Assembly (NCBI GenBank): GCA_028023455.1
Contig: JAQFVV010000003.1
Location: forward strand, 5,580,001 to 5,644,000
DNA length: 64,000 nt
From: Epiperipatus broadwayi
Lineage: Eukaryota; Animalia; Onychophora
Direction: 5' to 3'
Part shown: positions 51,446 through 64,000 of the stretch, one piece after another
Position numbering within the stretch: position 1 is the first letter of the stretch
Layout: every line of letters begins with the position of its first letter
Position numbers and translations under genes: made by a program
The notes under the pieces: generated by a model
Database searches by the model: none
Told to the model about the DNA's origin: nothing
The model's input: the letters and a program-made list of their open reading frames with translations, nothing else

Positions 51446-54003
51446 ATTTTACTTGTTCTACATTTATTATCATTACTTAATGTATTTTTATTATATATAC
51501 AATCTTGTGAATATAAGTATATATCAATATTTTTATAATGAATGGGAAAGAACATATCAACATAAATTTTTTTTTTTTTCAACGTATATAAATTCCTTAT
51601 ATTGTCATTATTTATAAAATATTATTTAATAAACATTTTAAGTAAAAAAATATTAATCTTTCTAATCTCTTTTGTAGTATATAAGACAGTAACAGTGTCT
51701 ATTGTAATTAGTATAAGTTATTATTTTCTCATTTAAATTTAATTTTGCTACTACAGGAACACATTTTTGTCATACGTTAGCCTCCATTTATTCACCAAAT
51801 TGATAGTAAATTATGATATTTTTTATCTGAATATATACAGATACGTTTTTCTAATTCTAATGGCACTGCAAGACATTTGATGAACCAAAGTGAAGCAACA
51901 AAAAAGCTCCCATAAAATATCTTGAGAGAGGCAAATAAAGAGTTAACAGTTTAAAATAATGACTTGGCATGCATACGTGTATGGATCATCTAAACCATTG
52001 AGAAATACTTTTTTTTTTCATATCATTTGTCTAACCACTCCATACCCATTAATTAATAATAATTAAATACTCACCAACACTATTGAATAACTAAGTGGAT
52101 TGGCTATAAGTTAGCTTTCTGGAAAAAAGACAAGTCCTGTTTGTATATTGGAAAGCTTAAGATTTCTTTAGGTTGGATTCAAAACACATATATTTATGAA
52201 AACTTGTACAATATAAATACCAATTCTGTGTTTGGTAATTAAATATTAAATATTTTCTCCATTTAGAAGACCACTTGAATCTATGTTGTGACCATTTTAA
52301 ACATATATTTATAAAAACGTGATAAATTGTTAGTTGCATAGTAGGTTTTATAGCTTCAAGAAGTCTGTTGGCAAAAGCATTTTGACTAAGTGATAAAAAA
52401 ATCATTTACCACATAAATAGTAATTTCAACATTCATGAATATAATGAAAGCTATTTAAATAAAACAAAAGGAAATGAAAAAAATGCGGGTGGGTAAAAAC
52501 ATCTAAAAATGCTGCAGCATTTTCCTAAAGCTTTTCCAATCCTCTGCAATATTTAAAACAAATAATAAAATCACTTGAGGATTTCTTTTTTAATTAAGAT
52601 TCATTTGGTTAAGCCAATGTACTTTGCATTAATTTTTGGCCAAATTTTTATCATTGTGAAAAGTATTATGATGCAGTTCATGATACATCAAATTAAGAGT
52701 TTATATAGATTTGAACACTGACTACATTCTCTCACTGAACTATTTATAATTTTTGATTCAGAAAACTCTCCAATCACTAAATAATTATAAAAGTACTTTC
52801 CCTCTATTTTATTAATCACCAATGGACATTCTTATTTTATGCAACAGAAATGTTAACAATATATTTCTGATATCAAGTAGCTCAGAATTGCAAGAATATA
52901 CAGATATATTCTTTTTCTGTTAAGGATAATATCCTTAAGAAGTGTTCTGAGGAATGTGGAAAAAATTAACATCAATATCATAAGTCCATGAAGAGAAATA
53001 TAAGATACCCAGATTTTAAAAAAACTAGGATTGTTGATGCCTGATTATCTGGACCACATATATGTAAAACTGTTTAAAGCTTTAGGATTGATATAGTTTT
53101 CAGGATGCTGAGTGTGATCACAAAGTTAGGGGGAAACTTCCTGTTAGAACTAGCTGTTTAAAAATTTTTATTTACTAAAAGGAGTTCCTGCTTGACCATC
53201 TAGCTAGCTAGCAAGAAATTATCTAACCAGTTTTATAGCAATATGTCTATTTATTCATTCTTATATTTACAACAGAGGGCATCATATATCTCAATGTTTA
53301 TTAAAATGGTTTTGTAAGCAGAACATGGATGGCCAAGATGCCACCTCATAATCACTCTTTTCTAAATGTGAATGCTAAATACTAATATCAAAAGCTAAAA
53401 CTGTATGATGGATGATTAGTTACATAGCATATAGTCACACAACTCATCACTTTTATTTTTCTGGTGGGTATGAGAAGTAGCTTATCAATTATATTCCTTT
53501 CTTTTAAGTGTGAGACATGATATCAAATGTCATTATTTTGGGAGTCATATCATGGTATTTTTTTGATCAAATCACACAATGGCAGACAGAGTGAATAATT
53601 GATTTATTCTATAGTGCAACTAATATTAGGTACACCAAACTATGTTATATCTCAAGATAAAAATGCCCAGATATAATCCATATATTTAACAATGTCTTGA
53701 ATAAAGTGATAGATTGAGTTTTGGTTCAGAGATATTTAGCTTTTAAATTTATACACAGCAAATAAATAATTTATCATTCAAGAGGTTATATGGCATATGA
53801 GCACTGGATAAAGTGATGTTACATTTCTTTCATAATTTAATCTTACATACATACATACATACAGCAACTACTCATAAATTATTATGATTTTTAAAACAGG
53901 CAAAACTCACTATATATATTGCCACACATAGCAAGCTAGAGTAATCAATGGATGCCAGAAGGCTTGTGCATAAAATCCTCATCTAGTGCCTACTCATCCA
54001 GTA

Positions 54004-54045
54004 TCCCCAGACTAGTTTCTGGCTTGTGGCCTTCATCAGTGAGGA
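54004..54045 (-). ncRNA. Minimal type I hammerhead (family B)
   Basis: TCCTCA CTGATGA A GGC CACAA GCC A GAAA CTAG TC TGGGGA. Confidence 0.75.
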
Positions 54046-54169
54046 GCCTTGGATCTGAGAGCACTGCACCTAGATCTTAGGATCTAATGCAACCCTCCAG
54101 CAACCACCTTTTATCTCCATTTAACTACAAAACTATGAGTTTTAAACTGAAAACACCTTAACCCAAAGC

Positions 54170-54211
54170 TCCTCACTGATGAAGGCCATAAGCCAGAAAC
54201 TAGTCTGGGGA
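54170..54211 (+). ncRNA. Minimal type I hammerhead (family B)
   Basis: TCCTCA CTGATGA A GGC CATAA GCC A GAAA CTAG TC TGGGGA; predicted cleavage after GTC at 54205. Confidence 0.75.
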
Positions 54212-54293
54212 TATTGGATGAGTAGGCACTAGATGGGAATTTTATGCACAAGCCTTCTGGCATCCATTGATTACTCTAGCTTGCTGTGTGTGG

Positions 54294-54373
<80 letters not shown>

Positions 54374-54619
54374 GTTTTGCCTGTTTTAACAACAGTTATA
54401 CACAAGCATAAGAGGTAGTGGTCATGTGATGTTTATGATGATCTTTCTAACTCTAAAGTAAAAAAAAAACTGCTCTAGAGATTTATGATGATTATACAAA
54501 GCAATCTATGAATTAAATATACCTCCATTTATAAAAAATACTGGTTCATTTTTCTGTTTGTTATTTTATGATGCTGCTTTTTAATTTCTTGAGCAGAAAT
54601 TTCTTTTCTTAAATATTTC

Positions 54620-55935
54620 AATACAATATCTAACTGTCACTCTCTAATGTATTCTATTCTCTGCCATGTCTTTCCAATGGAAACAATTGACAGAATATCT
54701 TTGAGATAATTCTTTTAATGTCAATGGTGCTCACCTCTTTAATGATAAGATGCTCAAGTTCATCATAAAATGTCATTTAAGGAAGGGTTAACAGTGTTCA
54801 ATCACTTTATATGTTCAATCCTATGAAGGTGTGATTTTATAATAATAGATTCTATAATATTACATCAACAAGTTGTAGAACATATTGATTGATTTTATAA
54901 CTTTGTGATTGTAGTTTTAAATATTTGTGAAGTACTCTTAAATAAAAATTTTCTAATGCCTTTACTCCCCCATGATGAAATAACCTCATTTTATTACTTA
55001 TTAAAAGTACAGACACAGCATATTGGAATCTGTGTTGCACCTCAATATAATAAAACTACTAAGATATTTGAATTGATTTACAAACTCAAGTTGATAATCA
55101 TCTAAACTACAAATAGATGAGAATTTTTCTTCCATCACTGGCTGATATTTTTCATCATTAGTAATTAAACCAAAATTTTTATATTTTGCACTCAAAATAT
55201 TAAGCATCTTCTAAAAATTGAAATGGTGAAAATAGAACATAGATGATCACATGATAAATCCACAATTTAAGAACTTGTTTTTGTTTTTAATTATATATGT
55301 ATTGTATTTTGATCCTTGCTTTATTAAGCCTCTTACAACAGTTGTCAATACCACTCTCATAAAAATAAAAAATAATGTTGGAGCAACCTGCAGTAATAAA
55401 ACTTCTCTCATTCCATCATGTAGAAGCCATATAATATAAATAAACTTTGATGGACAACCATTCCATAAATCTGTTTGACTGAGTCAAATGCCTTAATCAA
55501 ATCAATAAAAGCAATATGTAAATTGCTTTTTTGTTCCCAAAATTTTTCTTGCATTTTCCTAACAATAAAAAGCAGATCTATAGTGCTTCTTTATTCTCTA
55601 AAACCATACTGAGATTCTGGCAACTATTCATTTATGATTGGAAGCAATCTATTCAATAAAATCTTTAAAAATATTTTCTCCAGTGGGTAATAATGATATT
55701 GCATGATAATTACTGCAATCTTGTCTATTCCCTTTATTTTTAAAAAAAACTGAAATAATAAAAGCATCTTAAGATCAGACAGTACATCATGATACCATAT
55801 TATCCTTAAAAAATTCCAATATTTTTAAAGCTAACATATCACTCCAATTTTAAGCCTCCTTCACATATTTCATCAGGATCCACAAAGTTTCCATTTTTAA
55901 AATTATATAGAGCTGTTTTGACTTCAAAAAGCTGA
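54620..55935 (-). mobile_element. Decayed RTE (BovB-like) reverse transcriptase
   Basis: EVKTALYNFKNG; KNKGNRQDCSNYHAISLL; LPESQYGFRE*RSTIDLLFIVRKMQEK; FIDLIKAFDSV; LEFVNQFKYL; WKDMAENR. Confidence 0.85.
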
Positions 55936-56137
55936 ATATCTATCCAAACTTAAATGAGTAGATAAAACGGATATATTATTAAAAGTCTTCCTCTCAATTC
56001 TTGTACCATTATTCAAAAGCTCTTAACCAGCAAATGAAGTTAATGTTTTCTACCAACATTTTTCAAAAAATTTAATACTTTTTATGACAAATTTAATATT
56101 CTTTCAAATAATGATTACAAATTTATAATTTTATCTT

Positions 56138-56396
56138 TTAAAGTAATATATATTAAGGCTACAATCTTAAAAATATGCGGCTGAAAAAATGACTTAATTA
56201 GTGAGTTATTGAATAGCCTTACGCTCTCAAGTCAAAATGCTTTAGATTCTCCTACTTATTTAGAGAAGTAGGTTTAGATAATAATGGCCACTCTTGTCTT
56301 TTAAATAAATCTTGTGTTAAAAATTAGCTGAGATCCTACTGTCATTTTTTCAGGCGCATAGTTTTAAGGTTGTAGCTTTAATATACATTACTTTAA
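56138..56396. mobile_element. TTAA-flanked MITE with ~52-bp TIRs (Kolobok-like)
   Basis: TTAA-AGTAATATATATTAAGGCTAC...GAAAAAATGAC / GTCATTTTTTC...GTAGCTTTAATATACATTACT-TTAA. Confidence 0.65.
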
Positions 56397-56398
56397 AG

Positions 56399-56795
56399 CA
56401 GAGGTCCCCAACCTTTCTGCAATTAAGAGTACATTCTATAATACCGGTCAGATGATGGGCACCATTTATTTTTTCAATCAGGTGCTGGGCACCATTTATT
56501 TTTTCAATGTAAATTTATAGTTGAATATTGTTAATAATACACATAATGTACAAAAAAAATATTTATTTCAAAAATAAAATTTTAACATATAATTACCGTT
56601 TATATTTTTATGCTGTAAAAGTATAGTATGCCCTACAATTTGATTACAATATAATATAATAATTTTTAAGAAATTTTAAAAATTAAATTTATTTGTATCA
56701 GATAAATAATATTTTATTGTTTTGGATAGCGGCGGGCACACGTAAAAAAATCTGTGGGCGCCATGGTGCTCACGGGCATAGGGTTGGGGATTCCT
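56399..56795. mobile_element. hAT (Charlie-like) MITE, 397 bp, with 8-bp TSD
   Basis: CAGAGGTCCCCAACCT...AGGTTGGGGATTCCTG; CTTTAAAG on both sides. Confidence 0.85.
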
Positions 56796-59700
56796 GCTTT
56801 AAAGTAACGAGTATGCGCTTTATAAATATAATTATTACAATTTTATCTTTTGTGAAATAAATTCTATTAGTAAAAAGAGAATCAAATGTTCCTATTATTT
56901 TGTCTTATCAGCATGGTGCATATCAGAATTTAACACTTACTAAAAAAAAAAATAATTTAAACTTTTAAATTTATAAATATTGAACAATGCATTAACCTTG
57001 TTACCCAGACCAAAACTTTATTAAGTATACATTTATTTTTAAACTAAATAAGCAAACTTATTTATAATAAAAACGAATCATTATTTTACATATATAGTGA
57101 AAAATCAAAGTGCACACAAATCTTCAAAGTAATATTAAACCTTAAGTGAAATAACATTGCATTCGAAGAGAAAAGCAAATACCATTAAAATCAATAAATA
57201 CTTAAATATTTGTTTTTAAACTTTGATAAAAATAACTTACATTTGATGGCAGTTTTACTTCTCTCGCATGAAGGCCTTCTATCAGAAGTTAACATACCCC
57301 CCCCCCCCCAAAAAAAAAGATATAAACTGGACCAAAATATAAAAAGACACAGGTAATTCAAATTTATATTTCATACACATGAAATATCATCTTTACGTTG
57401 CCGTATATATACATTTTTAGAACGAAATTTTTTTTAGCACATTGTAAAAACTTGAAATATGAAATGCAATAATCGAATGCTAGTTACAATAGAAAGTCAT
57501 ATGATAACACTCCGTTGAAAACTATTTAGGAACATTTTTCCTTGAATTGGCCATAGAACAAAACTTTGAAATAATAATTACTCTATGATTGGGAAATTGT
57601 GTACCATTCAAGTAAGCAAATGACAGTTTCAGCCTAAAACTTTTAAATCAATTAACCAAATTGAGGTTTTTTCAGCTACGGATAAAGAAATACATCTTTT
57701 AAGACAACCATTTGACTATTAGAATAAAATTATGAAGAATCAAAATTTTTACTGAATCACAATAATTATTTCACAATGTATGAATGTTTACTTAACCATC
57801 ATTATAATATCTTATATTTATTATTATAGTTAGTTTTTTCAAGTCTTGCTCTCCCTCCTTAACATCATTCATCTTTCAACTTTTTCATCCTATCATTTTT
57901 TCCCTCAAACTCCACAGCCTGCTAAATATAGTTCTTTTATACTTTTTAACTCTAATATATATATATTTCTTTTTTTATTGTTGTATTTAAACATTTCTAA
58001 TATTTTTCTTCAATTTATTTTTTTCTTCAAACTTTTCTTCCTCACATTATTAATAATTAAACTTTATCCTCTCTTTCATAAACTCTTAATATATCATTAT
58101 CATTTAGTACACATTGACGAAATCAAATTAACAGTAAATGGCTCTGGAATAAAATGAATTACTAACTATTAAGGCAAAAATATACTTTTTCTAATTTGTG
58201 ATAATAATCCATTCTTTCCTCTATATGGGGTACCTTGTTACATCTTGGGTGCTTATATTATATACTAGATAGTAAACTAGAAGCAAACTATTAACTGTAC
58301 TCTAATGCTGTCACCTATTGTGAGCAAATACTAGATTGCGTTAAATCCATATACAGTATTATTCTATCCACATCCCAAACATAATATCTGGCTTATAATT
58401 TTCCTCAGGTTGGATCTGGATTTAGTGCTCTTCATTGACAAAACTATATACCAGAAAATAATCTTCAGATATAAATAGGATAACTTTGGATATGGATTTA
58501 ATAAACTCTATCACAAAGTATCTATTGATTATTCAAGCTTGCACTAAATGACAGAACTAAAAGTTATTTATAAATTAGGATCAATATGTTTTTTTTCTCT
58601 TACACATAAAAACTGTTAGACATAAATTAGTGTTTAAGATGCTAAATAAAATTACAATTCTTATCTGGAATAATTTAGGATTACTGCTGATTTAATTAAA
58701 ATAAAAAATTGAAATATTTTTTATATATAAAAAAGATAAATCAGGCCTAAATAGTTTACAGCAATCAAAAGTTTCTCCAGTATTTTCTATGAGAATCTGA
58801 GGGGAAGATAGCATTTATCAGGACAGATAATTTTATCTGCTTGATAAATATTATTTGATACCTATTAATTGACCAGCAATGGATTCGTTGTGTATAGATT
58901 CACCACATACTCACTATCTGAAAAAAAATTAGCTTAGAAAATCTTAATTATAAAGAAAATTTCCAACTTCAAATCAGATTCAAACCCTATGACATGGGCA
59001 TATTATACTTCTAGAGATATAAATAATTTTGAAATTATGCATATTCACTGATAAATATACACAGTTATTAACGTAATAATAAGTGTGATAATTTGTTTAA
59101 ATTTGAATTCAAATTCCTTTTTGAAAATATACTTTCTTAGTTTTGCCTTCATGCTTACAACCAGATGTTCTAATCTGGCCTTGGAAATGTTTTTCAAATA
59201 GAAAGCTGACTGAGTTCTTTTTCAAGTATCTGGCCTCTTGTCAGACTACCTATCTATCTAATATTGGTTGGAAAATTGGTATCTAACAACTACTAACTAC
59301 TAACTGGCTATAAAAATAACCAATATGACTGTAATTTGATGCTGGTGTTACCAATAATAATAAAAGTCTATATTCCTACAAATGCTGAGTTCATTATCTA
59401 CTATGTATATTAATGTTCATTAATTGTTTCTTCTTGTTGAATTTACCAAGTATGTGTCTTAGAATATTTCAATAAATATTATTCCACATTCTTTTCAAGA
59501 TTATTCTACATCAAAAAATTATCAAAAATAAAGATATGCATAAAACAAATTACAAAGATTAATTTTAATGAAATATCATTACATCTTGCAAAATAAGAAA
59601 AAAAACATTGAATTGCTGTCTAAAATAATAAGATCAGTCAGTTAATCAATCAGGTTAAAGAAAGTAAATCTATTGAATCAACAGTAATAATCTAACATTC

Positions 59701-60482
59701 TTCTCTAAAGCCATCTACGTAATCATAAATTATTAATGCAGACCAAACAGTAGAATCAAATAAATCTTCAGATTAGTTCTGATTATTGATCTTCATCACT
59801 AGAATGCAAATTGGTTTGGGTTCAATATGTTAGGGCATTAATAATATAAAAAGTAAAAGTGGCTAGTCAAAATATATAAACAATCTAATATTCCTTAGAG
59901 ATGAAGGCAAATAGACAGACACTTATCTTACATATTGATTGGCAGCCCATTGGTTATTTATGTTTATACAAATGATTCTGAATGGATATTTCTGCTAATA
60001 GTAATATTAAATTAAGTCAATGAATCATGAGAGATACTTTGCTTGGTATAAATCTAAAATTGTGTGGCAAAAATCAGAAGACCCTAATAATTAATATGAT
60101 ATTATATCATAAAAGTGGATGATTAAAAGAATTAACTTTTCTAATTAATAAAAATCTATTATCTGATACTACATAATGACAAATTACATCTTTGATTTCA
60201 ATAATGGCATATTAACAAAAAATATCATGAAAACTGTAGAGTGTTGAAAGAGATTTAAAAAATATAGAGTTACAATTTGTGAGAAGATAACTTCATCTCA
60301 AGTTTGTTAAAAAAAAATTGTTATACAGCCAAATTATTTTATATTCTATTACATCAGTAGATATAATTTTTTGCTTTTATTATTAAAATATATACATTTA
60401 AATTTATTTTGTTTGTTATTTATTTCTCATGTACATCTTAATCCCTTTACATGTAAATCATCTTACATATGTAGTTTTAAAT

Positions 60483-60961
60483 TAAGGGTATCCAACTTAT
60501 GGCTTAAGGTGGCTATGAATGTGACCCAATGCAAAATTATGAACTTACTTAAAATATTATGAGATTTTTTTTGATTATATGTTGCAAGGTGATTAAAATA
60601 AATGTATGTATGCACTCAAATACAATGGCAAATATTCTTTTTTTACTTTTATGATAAAAAATATACATAAAACATCAATAATTTTTATTATTTAGATATG
60701 TACATTTTTTATATTAATGATCACAAACTTGGAACCTGCTTGATAATTTAGAAAAACACTTCAAATGGATCGCTGCATAATTAGGATTCTTATATAAAGA
60801 TTTTTTTTACTTATTTGTGGTAGTGGATATTATAAAAATTCTGCACTGAACTTTTTATTTATTTATCAGGTTTAGGTAATATGTGTATATTTAATGTGTG
60901 ATCTAAAACAATCCTCCTTTTCCCATGTTGCCCAGAGATACCAAAAAGTTTTATACACTTG
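60483..60961. mobile_element. Old hAT MITE resembling MER30
   Basis: TAAGGGTATCCAAC...TTATACACTTG; TSD TTTTAAAT/ATTTAAAT; internal blocks resemble the MER30 consensus as recalled, not aligned. Confidence 0.6.
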
Positions 60962-61440
60962 ATTTAAATGATAAAAATTTAATGAAAATTCTAAATATGT
61001 ATTTTTTAAATAATTTTTCAACTATGGTAGCAAATATGCATGTCTGTTGAAATGTGAATTTTGCTTTTAAATTACTTTCCAAATTAATTGCAGTTCACAA
61101 TGACACCTTTTTATTGACACTTTTCTTTATAATGTCATGGCTGAAAAATTATCCAAAAAGTACATAGTAAATTCTCAATTAATTTCTTAAATATATATAC
61201 CTGTTAAAAAATCTTCTATTTAAAATATGCATGAAGAATATAACAAATCTTTATTAAGCAATACTATCAAAAATTATATATGTAAATGATAACCATGTCC
61301 TGATATATATATATAAACTTTAAATTTATATTTATATATATATATATATAAACTTTAAATTTATATTTGGCAGAAGGTGATTACTTCTATGTAAATTTAC
61401 ATATATATATAAATGTAAAAAAATCATTAAAAAAACCGTC

Positions 61441-61673
61441 AACATTTAGACAATCCCACTATCAATAACAATCAACAATTTCAAACTGTTGTCAAAGCAA
61501 TCTTCTTTTAATAATAAAGGTCCAATATATTTATATAGACATTAAAAATTGTCTTTATATGTATATTGGACCATTAATAAAGATGAAATTCCACCTTTAA
61601 TGTTAAAAGGAGGTTGCCTTGACAACAATTTGAAATTGTTGATTAGTATTGATAGTGAGATTATCTAAATGTT
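61441..61673. repeat. Foldback element with ~70-bp imperfect arms and an inner hairpin
   Basis: AACATTTAGACAATC...TTTTAA / TTAAAAG...GATTATCTAAATGTT; inner GGTCCAATATA/TATATTGGACC. Confidence 0.75.
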
Positions 61674-64000
61674 AACTTGTTTCTAATGATTAAATACAAA
61701 CCCATTTAGCCTTGAACATTATTACACACTTATTATTTAAATGTAAAAAAAAGATGAAGATTTATCAAAGGTATTAAGTGTAGGCCACAAAAATTCAAAT
61801 TTAGTTCTCAAATAAGAGTTCACCTGAAGATATTGTTTTCTAATTTTTTTTTTAATTGTTGATACCAAACTAAATGAACAATATTGGAAGGCAAAGGCAT
61901 TGTAGATGATATTTGGCAAAATGTTCAGATAAAAACTGATGGGAATCCCTTCTCAGGCATCCTTTATCCCATTTCAAACAATATCATCATTGTCATTAGC
62001 ATCTACTTTTAGATGAATATAATTTTTCTAAATCCAGAAGAAAAAATCCAATGATAGTGAGAAATACAAAAAATAAAATAAAGATTGTGATCATAATTAC
62101 TGTGCATGTAAGTAAATTTTGAAAGTTTCATTGCACATACACACAACCTATTTTTAAAATCAGTATAAAGAATTGGCCTATGACAGGAAAACCTGTTAAT
62201 AAACTAATATTATTCAAGATAATTAAAAACAGTGTATAAAAGGGGATGGGTGGGAGAAAGAATAAGTAAAGAAAAGAGATAGAGAATATTGCTAAGTCAA
62301 CATCTTATTTTCAAAATAGCAGCCAATAAACTTGGCAAACAACAATGCAATGATGAAAAATATTATGGGGAAATAAGTAAGCAAAAATTAAAAAATTGTT
62401 TTGATAAAATTTTCCAAAGATAAGGTTGAAAATAGTAAAATGTAATGTTTCTAAGATGGATACATACTAAGATCATTTCAGAAATATATTACACAATTCA
62501 TTTATGCGCTAAAAGTGGAGAAAAGCTTAATCCATTAAAAATAATGTGTTACACACTGTAAACAAGAACAAATTAATTTTAGGTGAAAAAAAACAAGATA
62601 CATTTATATATTTCAAGTTACTAAAGATACAACTGACAGGGGAAATGCCAATCTAATAAAGATGAGTTAAAAAAATAGAAAAGTTTATTTAATTACAAAT
62701 TTCATGACTAGATGCTCTATTATACAAAAAAAAAAAAATGTTAGTATAAAAATGCAAAAAAAAAAAATCACATTTTCAATTCACTCTTCACCTTCTACTT
62801 GTGATTTCCATATCCATGGTTTCAATTGACTCAAAAAAAAAATGACTCAAAAAATTAGTAAATAAAAAAATATTAGAAACAAAAAAAATTAATTTTTTAC
62901 ATTTTTAATTGTTTGTTAATAGTGCATATAAAATATATACACACATCCATACAAACGTGTATTATACATGTGTTCAACATGTATAAGAATATTTGTATGC
63001 ATCTTGATTCTATTACTAAAAAATTTTAGTATTCATAACATTAGCTGGAATCATGTTTTTTATTGTTCTTTTTTAATAATATATAATTTTATTTACTTTT
63101 AATATGTTGTTTTTTAAGCCTGTCATTAATAATTACATTTTAGACATGCTACAATAAGAAAAAAGATTAAACTAAAGTTGCATATACTATACTAACTGCA
63201 ACCAACTGTGATGAGTTGTGAAAAAGATAATAAACTTAGAATTTACTACATTTATCAAAAGCAGTCTTAAAATTATTAATAAATAAATAAAAAAACCATC
63301 AAATGACTACTTCTTGGGGTTTATAAAAAGTTTGAGTGCTTCAAGTAACCATACAGGATCTGGTCCCTTCAATTCCAAAATCTGCAATTTATCAATCATA
63401 TTAATCCATGCAAGGGAAAATTATTAAGTATTACAAAAATAAATGTAATAAAATAATTGAAAATATAAAAAAAATATCAGAGTAAAATTGAAATGACATT
63501 GCAATATATAATAAATCTCCAAGAAAGGGAGGGTTTTTTAAAAGAATTCATCTAAACAGCTACTATTAATCCATCAATAAGTATTCTACCATATTTGGCC
63601 AAGGAATAATCATAATAAATCAAACAATTGAAATGTGACATAACCTTCTTCTCATATTAAAAATAAAATACTCTAGTAGAGTTATGGACTCTAGAGTTTA
63701 AAATACATGGATCAGAGCTTCATCAGACTCAAAGCTATGCCCTGAATAGTTTAGTATAGTAGTAGGGCATCAAATTTTGGTGCATAAGGATCTGATTGTA
63801 GTTTGGGTAATTCCAGCCATCAAAGTTCTTATGAAACCCCAATTGTTTGTTTATTTCCCTTCCGGAACTTAAATTTTTTAAAACACTTCAAGCAGTAAAA
63901 TATTTGATTTTTTTAAAACATAAAATTAAACATAGCTCTGAGTTCATAACTTATGTTTACTGTTTTTTTTTTCTTCATGATAATAACCAAAATTTTCAGA

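Larger units (their letters stand above)
53891..54389. mobile_element. Inverted-repeat element with two divergent hammerheads (family B)
   Basis: 53891-54052 is the reverse complement of 54163-54389, apart from a (TA)n expansion in the right arm; 110-bp spacer. Confidence 0.8.

Noticed and set aside
52157-52700. Possible MULE transposase relic
   Set aside because: Only vague Trp/Tyr spacing; catalytic motifs not found.
57846-58157. Longest ORF in the window (103 aa)
   Set aside because: Low-complexity F/L/I/Y composition from a T-rich tract, non-ATG start, no domain.
58902-58930. 3-nt microexon-like TTTTTTTTCAG|ATA|GTGAGT on the minus strand
   Set aside because: Short motif expected by chance; cannot be supported without RNA data.
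1-64000. CRISPR arrays, rRNA or intact tRNA genes, prokaryotic operons
   Set aside because: No repeat-spacer arrays, no complete cloverleaf and no gene-dense coding blocks were seen.

Overview
Very AT-rich, CpG-depleted eukaryotic DNA, most likely intronic or intergenic sequence of an invertebrate animal (inference from composition and TE content). No intact host protein-coding gene could be supported. Most ORFs in the supplied track are low-complexity, and a few are pieces of decayed transposon genes. The window holds relics of RTE, Gypsy, Tigger/pogo, Tc1 and Penelope-like coding sequences, plus piggyBac-, Kolobok- and hAT-type MITEs, short tRNA-derived SINEs and three related ~2-kb TA-targeting LTR-like elements. 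The main discovery is a ~470-bp non-coding element family carrying a type I hammerhead ribozyme (9 motifs at 5 loci: 18.7-24.3 kb and 43.2-43.7 kb). Four of the five insertions are bounded by 11-18 bp target-site duplications. Three show a recurring tandem/inverted architecture, and one is a circularly permuted monomer. This points to a Penelope-mobilised retrozyme-like RNA. A second, unrelated hammerhead occurs as an inverted pair at 53.9-54.4 kb. All family assignments come from reading motifs by eye; no database search or folding program was run.
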